Below are positions 33,752-45,544 of a stretch of 64,000 nucleotides of DNA, piece by piece. The stretch lies in the NCBI GenBank assembly GCA_965603825.1, contig CBFDEM010000054.1:744001-808000 (forward strand), read 5' to 3'. The notes beneath the pieces are model-generated. The model was not told where the DNA came from. It did no database searches and saw only the letters and a program-made list of their open reading frames with translations. The stretch comes from Blepharisma stoltei ATCC 30299. Lineage: Eukaryota > Protista > Ciliophora. A program made the position numbers and the translations under genes. The stretch's first letter is position 1; each line of letters begins with the position of its first letter.

Positions 33752-35362
33752 ATGAACATTCTTAAACAAATCAAGACAGCTTTTCTCGACATCAAAACCC
33801 CAATTCTTTCTGAACCTCCTGACCGTAATTTCCCCACAAATTACCATAAAGCTGGTATTTTGTCGCCAAAAGCCTGCTTTACTAATAATGAACTACAAAT
33901 AAACTCTGCAAAAGAGCTTTCTCGAGAAGAGGAAGAGCAAGTTGTAAGAAAGCTGGACAAAATCAAAGACTGTAACGAGTATTATTGAGTTGAAGCTCAG
34001 TGGGTTAGAGATTGAGCAAGTTATATTCACGGGGCAAATAGTCCTGGGAAACTTAAAACAGCCAAACTAAAAGAGATAGCAGGCTCTATCAAAAAAGATC
34101 TGAGGATTGGGATCGATTATCGGGCTCTTAATAAAGAACAATGGATTTTTTTATCGCAAAAATACGGAGCAGAAGCACCTGTCATATCAAACTCCCCTAT
34201 CTATTTAGAAACAAAGCCTGAAGAAATAGAACCAGACGAGCCGGCTACCCCAAGATTTGACGCCACAAACTTAAAATTGCCTACAAGTGTCAGAGACTCC
34301 GAGCACCCCAAATCAGAAAGAAATTCCTCAGAAGGCGCCACCCTTCTTACAACAAGAAAAGAGACCTTAGAAGTCCCTATTATAGAAGGAGACACAAGCA
34401 GCCCAGCTACAGAAGCTGACGAACTTGAAGTAAAATCTTCTAATGAATCTATCACTAGAAGTACTTCTAATACTGTAAATGACTCTGAATTTAGTTTTCA
34501 GTCCTCAAGCTCACTTAAAGTAAGGTCTGGCAGGGTGGGATTAGAAAATCCAGGGCTGTTTTGCTACATGAATTCGGGGCTGCAGCTGTTATTTAGCATT
34601 CCAGAACTTAAGGAAAGCTTGCTGCAGCTAAATACAGAATTTTCTGAAAATAATGTAGCAAGCATACTGGGGGATATTTGTAAACAAATTTTTTTGGGAA
34701 AGGCAAAAAAAGTCAGGCCTGAGGCGCTTTGGAAATATATTAGTGCTTACTTTCCTTTAAGTAGGCAGCATGACTTGCCGGAATTTTTGAGGTTTATTGT
34801 GAATAAGCTAGAGACTGAGCCTCCAATAATTCCACAAATTTTTAACGGTCTGACCTGCAGTAAAATCACTTGTAATAACTGTTTCCAAGTCTCAAGAAAA
34901 TATGAACCTTTTATTGATCTCCAATTTGAGCTCAGCTCATCAATCGAAAAAAGCTTTATTTTGTTTACAAAAGAAGAGCGTCTCACTGCGAATTATGACT
35001 GTGAAGCCTGCAATGAAAAATCAGAAGTCTCCAAACAGTTCAAAATCTCCAAGCCTCCTTCATATTTACTAATCCAAGTAAAAAGATTCAGGCAAATTCC
35101 TTATCCTCATAAAGTATCATCTACTTGTAAATATAAGAAAAGAATGAGCATTGAAGAATTTTCTTTAGAAAAAGCTGAATATGAGCTGCTAGGGGTGGCT
35201 GTACATAATGGGTCGATTGATAATGGGCACTATTTAGCTTACTGCAAAAGAGGGCACTCATGATTTTTATATGATGACGCGAAATGTACAAAAGTCTCGC
35301 TGAAAGAAGTTTTGAACTTAAATGCATATGTGCTGCTTTATAAAAAGGTTGAGACAAATTAA
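33752..35362 (+). CDS. DUSP-domain ubiquitin-specific protease (USP, C19; ~536 aa)
   Basis: DUSP (YY(W)VEAQWVRD(W)...DYRALNKEQWIFLSQKYG), Cys box GLENPGLFCYMNS, His box HNGSIDNGHY, (W)FLYDD, AYVLLY; TAA 35360-35362. Confidence 0.9.
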
Positions 35363-35471
35363 TAGCATTGCTATAAAATGATAATAAATTATAAATGCAA
35401 TTATTATTTGGTATATTTAGGTCTGTTATTTTTATTTTTATATTAAAGTAAATGGCTTACGCCATTTAAAT

Positions 35472-38231
35472 ATGGGAACTGGATGCACAAGTATGAACTA
35501 TAAGCGCATGGTTGACATTTCAAGCAAAAACCCTCAGTCCACCAACGTAGCCAGCTCTATAATCACAAGGAAAAAATCAAACCCGAACTCTCAAGAAGAA
35601 TTTCGAAAATCCCGAACATTATCTCTCACAAAGAAACGTAGCCTTGCAAAAGAAAAGGACATGTCCAATTATGTTGAAGCTTCTGCAGCTGAAATTGAGC
35701 CATATGCTACCAAAACTTCAGAAGATAAAGACATGATTTTGACTGCATTGAATAGTCACTTTATTTTTACAAGCTTAACTGAAGAAGACAAAGAACAGGT
35801 TGCAGAATCAATGCAGCTTTATTTATTTGAAGCTGGAGCCATTGTGTTTGAACAAGATATGACAGCGAAATCATATTATGTGCTCAGAACGGGGTTGTTG
35901 GAGGTATATGTGAATGGAAAATCGGTCAATAAAATTAAGCCTGGGGAAGGGTTTGGAGAATTGGCACTATTGCATGATAACCCGAGAAGTGCAACGGTAA
36001 AATGTGCAGCTCCTTCAGGTCTTTGAGGAGTCGAGCGTCAGACCTTCCGAAAAGTCATCGAAGAAATGAACACCCAAATCTACGAACAAAACCGAGAATT
36101 TATAGAAAAAGTCACCTTGCTGCAGCCTCTAAACCCTCGTCAAAAAGACTCACTTGCTGCCTCTCTTGTTATTTATAAATACTACAGCGGTCAAAAAATC
36201 ATAACAGAAGGAGAAACAGGCCAGCAATTATTTATCATAAAAGAAGGGACTGTAAGTGTCCAAAGAGGAACCCAAGAAATAGCAAGACTCCACACAGGTG
36301 GGTATTTTGGAGAAATGGCTCTGCTTAATAATGCTCCTAGGTCAGCTACTTGTGTAGCTGTTGATGGGCCTGTTAAATGTTTAGTCCTAAGCAGAGAAAC
36401 ACTACAAAAAAACTTGTCAAATCAGCTGCAAGATATCATTGAGAAAAACACAATTATGGAAGCAATAAATAAATCAGAAACTTTATCATTGTTAAATAAG
36501 CACCAAAAAGAATTGATTTGTAAAGACATCGATCATAGGAATTATAAAGGAGGAGATGTAGTGATACCACAAAACACGCTATGCAAGCTAAAATTATATA
36601 TAATTATATCAGGAAGACTGCAATATGCAAGGACTTCTCACACCTTTGCTGACAAAGGAACCTGTGTTGGTGACCAATACATAACCAAAGCCAACCCAGA
36701 AGATGTAAAATACGAAGACGACATGATCTCCGCAAGTGATATGAAGGTCGGAGAACTGACCAAATACAAATTTGAGGTCAGCATCGGCGGAAAATATGAA
36801 GACGTCGTCAAAGAAAACGCTGCCACCAATATTTTACGCAAGGTTTTTCTGTTTAAAACCCTTGACAGCTCACAAATGAAAGAACTTTTTAGCATCATAA
36901 ACACTGAAAAATTTTCTGATGGAGAAATAATTTTGAGGGAAAAAAGCCAAAGTCAGCATGTTTTTATTGTAAAAAGAGGAAAAGTGGATATTTGTAAAGG
37001 AGATACTGTGATAAGGACTGTGACTAAGCATGATTATTTTGGGGAACGAGGGATTTTGTTTGAAAGCGCTGCAAGTGCGACTTGTAGGGCTAATGGAAGT
37101 GTGACGCTATGGGTTATAAACAATAATGATTTTATCAATATTCTTAACGAAAATATGAGAAAGCAGCTGCTTCATAGAATAAACATGTGAGACGAGAGGT
37201 CTGAGCTAGAGGATCTGGCTATTGTAAGACCTATCGGTAAAGGGATGTTTTCTAAGGTATATTTGGTCCACCCTAGAGACTCAAAAACTTTATACGCTCT
37301 AAAAGTGGTAGAAAGAAAGATAATTGAGAAATTTGCAATACAAGAGCAGCTATTGGTACTAATTATATAGCTTGAAAAACACATTATAAGTTTAATTGAC
37401 CACCCTTTTGTTGTAAAACTTATCAGGACTTACAAAGACTACAAAAGGATTTATTTTCTGCTGGAATATGTGAAGGGAATGCAATTAAACGACATTTTAA
37501 TGAGAATTGGCCTTTTGAGCAACAGCGATACACAGTTTTACATTGGGTCTTTGATCTTAATAATCCAGTACCTCCATGAGCGAGATATCATATATAGAGA
37601 CCTTAAACCTGAAAATATTATGATAGGCGACAATGGATTTATAAAATTAATTGATTTTGGCACTGCAAAAATAGTCCCATCCCGTACCTACACCCTTGTA
37701 GGAACACCTCAATATATGGCACCAGAGGTAATAGTTGGGAAAGGCTATAATAAAAATGCTGATCTCTGAAGCTTAGGTGTCTGTATGTATGAGTGCTTAT
37801 GTGGGAGGATTCCTTTTGGAAACGAAGAGCCTGACTGCTATAAAGTATATGAAGAAATATTAGAAAAAGAGCTGGAATGGCCTGACGATATAGATCCAAT
37901 TAATGAGGCTGCTAAAGCACTGATAGAACAACTTCTAAGCCGATATGCAGAATCAAGGGCTGGCGGCTCTATTGATAACTTAAAAAAGCACGAATGGTTC
38001 ACAGGCTATGACTGAGACAACCTTATTAACGAAGCCATTATTCCACCGTATACTCCAGACTTAGGAGATAGCTCTGAAGATATAGAAAATAACGGAGGTC
38101 ACGTTTACATGTGGGACGCTCCATTAGATAATGAAAGTCAAGGTACTGAAGAATCGCTTCCTGACGTTTCTGACGCCGATTTAGAAGCGTATAAAAAGAG
38201 CATCCCTCAAAATTGGGATGAAAATTTTTAG
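35472..38231 (+). CDS. PKG: cGMP-dependent protein kinase, alveolate type with four cNMP-binding domains (~914 aa)
   Basis: MGTGC acylation motif; FGELALL..PRSAT, FGEMALL..PRSAT, one degenerate domain and FGERGIL; kinase YRDLKPEN, DFG, DL(W)SLG; intron 37356-37370; TAG 38229-38231. Confidence 0.9.
37356..37370 (+). other. 15-nt spliceosomal intron
   Basis: GTACTAATTATATAG; in-frame TAG. Confidence 0.88.
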
Positions 38232-38278
38232 TATAAAACATAAAGAAAGGGGGTAACACATAAAGCTAATAATTATAA

Positions 38279-40795
38279 ATGGAAAAGGCGGAAAAAGCTT
38301 CAAAGCTCGTGGAAAAACTCTTCTCACAACTAATTGACCAGGTTGAAGGCATCATTGACGAAGAAAAGAAAGAATCTCATCAAAATATAGCAAAGTCTTT
38401 AGAATCAGCTTTTCCCGCAATTGAGAAAAAACTTAATTTTCCAGCTGGTTCGGTGGCTTTACAGCAAATCTTGGTTCAAAGTGGGGAAAATTTCAACCAC
38501 AGGTAAAGAATATTTAGGTCTAGCAACAATCAGGACAACCTCAGTGACGATATTGTCTTCTTAGGAGCTAGGGTGAAACATGAAGAAATCACCATAGAAT
38601 GCGTCAGAACGCTCATAATAAACCCCACCGACGCCATAAAAAAAGCCTATAGCATTCTGCTAGACCTTCTTCAAGTTTCAACCTCCGCTTTACAGTCAGG
38701 GGCTCCACTTTCTCAAGTTTACATAAAAACTAAAGAAGCCTTAAAAAACATCGAGCCTGAGTACCTAAAACTTTTCCCGCCAACCATTGGTTCCTGCAAC
38801 ACAAAAGTTATCAGCGAAAATTCTCAAGAAATCGCCCAAACTGGCGAAATCTACGCAATTCAGCTAGCTTTCAATAATTTTCCGAAACCTGAGAGTTTTA
38901 AGTGCAAAAATGACCACTTTAGCCTTGTTATTTGTGATTCAGCCATAGTAAACCAAAATGGTCCTGTGAAAATCCTGACGGAGGTGGCAAGGGATTACCA
39001 AGACATTTCGTATTCGCTAGAAGATGAAGAAGTAGCCACCCCGAAGCCGAAAAAAGAGAAAATTGACATGAAAGAACTGGAAAATCGAGGTGTGGTCAGG
39101 AGCTCGAGACTCAGGCATCAAATTAACAACCAGCAGCTGGAGAACGAAAAGAGGAGAAAAGAGCATCAGAATGAGCTCAGGGCGAAGAAATACGAAGAAC
39201 TTAAACAGAGGTTCTCAAGGTTTGATATGGGAGAAAGAGACCATTCAACTGACCAGAGGTCTTTAACTGAGGTTATGTCATATTCGTCAAGAGACACCTT
39301 CCCAGACGCCGCAAAGAAAAACCAAATTTTCGTTGACGCGAGACATGAAAGTGTGCTGGTTCCTATTCAAGGCCAGATTGTCCCATTCCATGTATCGACA
39401 ATTAAAAATGTCAGCAAAAATGAAGAAGGGAGCTATTTTTTCCTAAGAATTAACTTTTTGCATCCAGGCGCTGGAATAATTAAAGAAGGTGGCTACACCC
39501 TTCCAGACCTTAAAAACCCCAGCACTTTTTACCTAAAAGAGCTCACATTTAGAAGCAGCAACCCAAAGAACCTCAATAACGCATTTCGGCTTCTAAAAGA
39601 GCTGATAAAAAGAGTCAAAGTCAAAGAATTCGAAGAAATCGAAAAATCGTCCTTGGTCGACCAAGAAAGACTTATGATTATCAAAGGAAAAAGACCTATG
39701 CTCCCAGACGTCACAATCCGTCCTAACATTTCAGGCAAAAAGACCCAAGGCAGCTTAGAAGGCCACCAAAATGGGCTCAGATTTACCTCCAGCAAAGGAG
39801 AAAAGCTTGATATTATCTACTCCAACATAAAGCATGCCATTTTCCAGCCAGTCGAAAATGAATTAATAGTCCTTTTGCATTTCCACCTACATAACTCTAT
39901 TATGGTCGGCAATAAGAAAACAGTCGATGTGCAATTTTATACAGAAGCTGGCATACAAAGTGACGATTTAGATATGAGAAGACGAGGAGGGATGGATTTG
40001 GATGAAATCCAGCAAGAACAAAGGGAGAAAAAGTATAAGGAAAAGCTCAATAAGGAATTCAAAAATTTCGCTGAAGCTGTCCAAGCACTTTCTAATGAGT
40101 CTGTGGACTTTGATATTCCGTATAGAGAGCTGGGATTTTATGGAGTTCCTGCGAAGACTAATGTGTTTATCATGCCTTCTGTGAACTGCTTATTAAGTTT
40201 GGTAGAGCAGCCTTTCTTTGTGCTGAGTTTGAATGAAATTGAAGTCGCACATTTCGAAAGAGTCCAGTTTGCCCTCAGAAACTTCGACCTTGTATTTGTG
40301 TTTAAAAACTATTCCAAGCCTCCTATCAGAATCTGCACCATCCCTGCGGAATACCTTGACCCTATAAAAGATTGGCTTAATGACATTGACATTGTTTACA
40401 GTGAAAGCATCAACCCACTTAACTGGGGAAATGTCATGAAAGAAATTTCTAGAGACCTACAAGGCTTCATTGAAGAAGGCGGCTGGAATTTCTTACAAGA
40501 AAGTGAAGATGAAGGCCAAAGTGAAGAAGAAAAAGAAGAAAGGGGCGAAGAAGACGAAGATTCTGAATTTGATGAAGAAGAATTAGGCAGTGAAGAAGGG
40601 GAATCAGATTTTGAAAGTGATGAAGAAAGTGAAGAAGAGGAAGAAGAATCTGAGGAAAGTGCTGAAAGTGAAGATGAAGAAGAGGAAGAAGGAATGGACT
40701 GGGATGCTCTAGAAGAAGAAGCCAAACGACAAGACGCCAAGCGAAATGCTAAAAATGTTGTCTCTGCAAAATCAACTAAAAAGACAAAGCATTAA
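38279..40795 (+). CDS. SPT16: FACT complex subunit Spt16 (~833 aa, N-terminally shortened)
   Basis: VPFHVSTIKNVS, GSLEGHQNGLRF, FDIPYRELGFYGVP, LNWGNVMK, GGWNFL and acidic tail; intron 38503-38517. Confidence 0.95.
38503..38517 (+). other. 15-nt spliceosomal intron
   Basis: GTAAAGAATATTTAG; in-frame TAA. Confidence 0.85.
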
Positions 40796-40898
40796 TAAAA
40801 TCATTGGAAAGTAAATTGAAACATTGGAATAATAATGAAGATAATGAATTGGAGAGAAATAAATAATTTTAAATATTGTAATTACCATTATAAAACTT

Positions 40899-41924
40899 AT
40901 GAGACATATAAAGATGACTGGGAAACTTGTATTTCTTCTGTCAGCGCTACTTATAATAGGGAATTTCGGTGTATCTGGCTGCTTAGATGTTCCAGGCCAA
41001 AATAACGAGGAATCTATTTTCAATTCAGACTCAAAGCTGACAGCACCACCTCCTATTTACCCAGTAAACCCTTCATGCGGCACGAGCTATGCACCTTTAG
41101 GCATTATGGCAGTCATTATCTTTATAATTTTATTTTTCTTGCCTTTATGGCTTGTTTGGGATATTTATCACGAAGATCCTGAAGATCAGAAAGGAAATAT
41201 CATGTACGTTCCTCCTCCCCTTAAATCAAAAGCAGACAAAAAAGAACCCCGAGATTCAGGCAGAGCCCAAATTGATATCCTTGACGATAGTGTTAAATTT
41301 GAAGAAGAGCCTAGCAAAGTAATTGAGCCAGTCGCCGAAGCCAAATATCCAGAACTCCCTGTCGAAAAGCCCAGGAAAAAAAGAGAAAGAGGCAAACTAA
41401 TTCAGCTGATAGAAAGCCACTTGCTGTTTGGGATGTTTTTTTATAGGCCAAGCTTTACCAGAGTTTTAAGAGCATTTACTTTAATTACAGTCGTCATGTT
41501 TGAATTTATGCTTGAAGGGGCAATGTTGGAAGCCTTTGAAAATACAGACGTGGGCGAAGTAATGGATGCTTCAGATATAATGAGCAATTATAAGAGAGAA
41601 TATTTTGCTTATATGGTACTAGCTATTGTTATAGCCTCACCTGTGGAGTTTTATTTATCAGCAGCATTAAGCACCGATAGGTCTAATGGGATTTGCTGGG
41701 TGGTGTCTGCTATTATTTTTGGATTTTCTGTACTTATTGGGTCTATTGCAGGAATTATTGTATTATCGTTTCAATTTTGTTATGAATGGAGTGGGTATTG
41801 GTGCTTTAACTTTTTATTTGGAATTCTTATAGAAATTTTTATTATTCAAGCTGCGTATATGATTATAAGGTTTTTCAAAGAATGTATCCATTCTTTTATC
41901 AGGAGACACCGTCATAGAGCTTAA
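40899..41924 (+). CDS. Signal-peptide multi-pass membrane protein resembling the polycystin-1/PKD TM1-TM5 block
   Basis: Signal peptide, TM, charged loop, ESHLLFGMFFYRPSFTRVLRAFTLITVV, further TMs, WCFNFLFGILIEIFIIQ; start may be 40914. Confidence 0.7.
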   Translation: MRHIKMTGKLVFLLSALLIIGNFGVSGCLDVPGQNNEESIFNSDSKLTAPPPIYPVNPSCGTSYAPLGIMAVIIFIILFFLPLWLVWDIYHEDPEDQKGNIMYVPPPLKSKADKKEPRDSGRAQIDILDDSVKFEEEPSKVIEPVAEAKYPELPVEKPRKKRERGKLIQLIESHLLFGMFFYRPSFTRVLRAFTLITVVMFEFMLEGAMLEAFENTDVGEVMDASDIMSNYKREYFAYMVLAIVIASPVEFYLSAALSTDRSNGICWVVSAIIFGFSVLIGSIAGIIVLSFQFCYEWSGYWCFNFLFGILIEIFIIQAAYMIIRFFKECIHSFIRRHRHRA

Positions 41925-41966
41925 TTGAAATCATAATAATCCTTCTTTTAGTTATTTATGTTTAAA

Positions 41967-42390
41967 TTAATTAGTCAATTATGCTGCCTTGCAAATCTAT
42001 CAATAGCTTTAAGCTTGCGCTGTATTAAAAGCAAATCTTGGTCTCAAAATTCTGTAAAAGAGAGCTGAAAGGGAAATTTAGATCAAATCTGGCTTCAAAT
42101 AAATTTTTTTCCTTATGCATCAGCGCTTAGAATAACTTTTCTGAAATTCACTAGCATTAAGATGTGCTTGTCATATATGAACTATTAGATCCTCTTTCAA
42201 AATAAGTTTTAACCCCTATATATTAATAAATGATGCTATTCCTTAAATCTTTAATTTGATGATGCAGATATATTTCAAAAAGCTTTTTAGCATCTCATTT
42301 TTATTCTCAACTCTATTTTTTTCAGTTTTATAGACTGGGAAGGATCCATGCTTCTCAAGGAATTTTTGTGATTGATTTTCTTTTTTCATT
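41967..42390 (-). pseudogene. Decayed tandem partial copy of the 3' (UBE2Q-like) end of the adjacent gene
   Basis: ttaattagtcaattatgctgccttgcaa vs 42431 ttaattaagccaattatgttgtcttgcaa; aaagcaaatcttggtctca vs 42657; gggaaatttagatcaaatctgg vs 42702; colinear, with internal deletions. Confidence 0.8.
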
Positions 42391-42430
42391 TATACTGGAC
42401 TTACCAACATCTTTATGTTAATTATCTAAA

Positions 42431-45313
42431 TTAATTAAGCCAATTATGTTGTCTTGCAACTCTATCAAAAGCTTCTTGAGCTTCTCCCAATGAATAATCA
42501 ACATATGACTGATTCGGGTCCAGCTTAGCCCCTCCCTCCAACATATTAAATAAAATTTCAATAAAAATGCTCTCTACAGTTCTCACAGGAATCCACCCTG
42601 AAGGCGTCAAAGATTGCATACAAATAGACCCTCCGATCGTGACATGTCCAGTATGAAAAGCAAATCTTGGCCTCACAATTCTTACAAAAGGAGGATTGAA
42701 AGGGAAATTTGCATCAAATCTGACCTCAAATAGAATTTCTTTTTCTCTGCCATAGCGCTTAGAATAGGCTTCAAATTCTTTCTGAAGGTCTTTTGGGATC
42801 TCAAATTGAGTAACATTAAGATGCACTTGCCATATATACATATTAGATCCTCCTTCAAATTCAGGAACTAAGCCTTTGCATTCTTTGGATTTTAACAAAT
42901 AGCGGTATTCTTGAAGGATCCTTTTATTTGATGTGGCAGATCCTTGCCCAGAAAACGCTTTTTCGATTTTTTTAATTTTTTCTTCAGCCTCTATGTCTTT
43001 TTGATTTTCATCAGCCCTTTGGACTTGAGGGGATTTTTGCTCCTCGAACATTTTTTGTGACCGATTCTCGGTTTGTGCTTTTTGCAAGGATTTTCTGATT
43101 GCTTCGTCAATGCGAGCTTTGCGGATTGATGCCTTTTTGGCTGCGAATGCTTTTTCAAACTTCTTTAAATGGTCTGTAAGCTCTAGATCGTTGGCATTAG
43201 CGTTTAATTTGTTGTAGTCGCTGGAGTTTCAGAGAAGTAGGTATCGGATAATCAGTTCTTTGTCGTTTTGGATTACGTACACACCTCTGCCTGTATTGTA
43301 GTTTTTGTTGTTTTTAATAACTTCTATAATTGCCATGCAGCCAGTTGGAGGATTATGAAGGATGCCATAAGGCCAAATAGAACCTCCATCAGACATCCTT
43401 GAGTAGCCTAAAGATGTCCCCATATTTTCTGCACTATAAACTCCAGGCCCCGCAGCAGCCCCTGCAGTCATCATATGAGTATTACTAAGATTTCTGATCC
43501 CATTTCTTAAAATTGAGTACCAATTTTCTATAGCACTCCCATGAAAAGCAAAAAATGAGCCATGTTTTTGCTTAAGCCTATTAAATTCCCTTTCAGCTTC
43601 AGGTGAATGGTTAGTCACAATATATTGCTGGATTCCCTCATCTAGTTTTTTAATTTTCCATTCTCCATCAAGTCTCACTAACGCTAGCCTATTAGTAGCA
43701 ATAATATATCTAAGTAGTTTATAAGTCATCATAGAATTTTCTCCTATAAGAGTCGCCAAATAATCCCTCAAAGCCAGTTCATCTGAGCATTGGTCTTTCA
43801 GCATATGAGGGTTAGGCATCGACCTAAGAATTACTCTTAAATATTCAATGTCTTTATTATTGTCCATTTCTGATGTATATTTTTGTCCTCCAGTTCTTGA
43901 CAAGAATCCTGCCTTTCCTCTCATCTGCTCTTTTTTTAGCAAAAAACTAGGAAATGGTTCAAATACAGTTTGGGCTCGTGCTGAAGCTGCAGCTTCTGAG
44001 GCAAAGGAGAGGTCTAGCATTATTAAATTTATATTGTTTTTAAGCTCAGCGTATATAGAAAGCCCAGAAATTTCTTCAAATCTAAATTCGCAGATCTCTT
44101 GGTTACAAGCGCGAAGCCTAATGGAGTCACAGTTATGCTTTTTATAGCAGATAAAGCAGTAATTCGTACAGTTTTGGATGCGATCTCTCATATAGAATAG
44201 CATATTGTAAAAGAAGTTGTTGCAAGGGATGATAGCTTCAGCGAATTCTCCTCTATAGCTGCTAAAAACACCTGTATTAGCAATATCTAAAGCAGCGTCT
44301 AAGTCATTTTGAGAAAGCTGTAGCGCTTCTGTGGCCAGATCTTTAGGGAAACCCATAGTGACCATCTGCTTTACTAGATTTTTATTGGCCGTTGTTTTAT
44401 ATTTTGCATTTTCTATACTATTTTCTCTAGACAAAGAAAGTGCTGAGCTTCCGCCTTTGCTTTTCATTGCATTATAAACATCGTCTCTATATTTTCTAAC
44501 TCTTCCCAATATATATTCTCTGCAGCCATAAGAGTCCATTGACCCTCCTTGTAGAACCTCAAAGTTTAATGATCCTAAAAGAGCAGGAGTCCATTGTATT
44601 TCGTCCAAAGTCTGAATAATCCTATTATCGTTTATAGTAATACTTATGACTAAAGGAGACTCGTAGGTTAATTCTAGCATAATCATAACACTGTCTGGGA
44701 TATCCAAAAATGCCAAATCAATTTCTAGCCGAATATTGCTTAAGACCGGATTGTTGGTGATTTTACAGGAGTGGCGGAGGTCTGGGCAACTGTTAAAAGT
44801 CTCGTTTAAGAGTTCTACTGCTTCTGCAGCCTCTCTGAAGATAAAGTGGTTTTGAGCGAATTCAGGAAGACCTTGGAAACTGGCGTCACTTTTTCCAGTT
44901 CTTTGAGCTGTTTTTACTAATCTTTCGTTTTCAGCTTCTATTATTTCATCATGGTAGTCTAAGTCCATTTCAGTATCAGAACCAAAGTCATTATCTGAGG
45001 CGAATTCTTTGTATTCTGAGTATTTATTGATTATTTTATCTAAAAACTTAGAAATCTGCATATCACCAGTAAGCAAATCACTTGCACAATCTTGCAGAGT
45101 TTGGCTTGCCCATTCTATTCAGGATTTGATAGCAGAATTCTTAGAGCTTGAAGAAATCTCGAAATCTTCAAAATTAATTTTGATATATTGCTCGTCTAGT
45201 AGGAAATTTAGTCGTAAATTTTCAGCAGATTCAAAAGTTACAGGATAACTCAATGCTTCTCCGTTTTCTTCAAGCCAAGTGAAGAAAGACGTCATTAGGA
45301 TATCATCATCCAT
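42431..45313 (-). CDS. UBA + PARP6/8-type ADP-ribosyltransferase + UBE2Q-like E2 fusion (~960 aa)
   Basis: UBA (MVTMGFPKDLATEALQLSQNDLDAAL), CFICxxxH...C...C, AFHGSAIENWYSILRNG..GPGVYSA..SLGYS, then across TGA 43229-43231 a coiled coil and FPFNPPFVRIVRP..GHVTIGGSICMQSLT..GW. Confidence 0.88.
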
Positions 45314-45544
45314 TTTTTATAACTTCTATTTTATTAAATATATGTCTCTGCAATATCTAGGAATCTAAATCAATTAAATTCTTTAAGAACGCATTTTCAC
45401 TATTTCAGACCATTTCTAAGAACAAGATCTATTAAGTTTAATAAGTTAATGAAAAATAACGTAATTTAAAGGTATTATGTATTAATACTACGTTAATTTT
45501 CAAATAACTAAGATATTTATTATTAATATTGGCTAACATACTAA

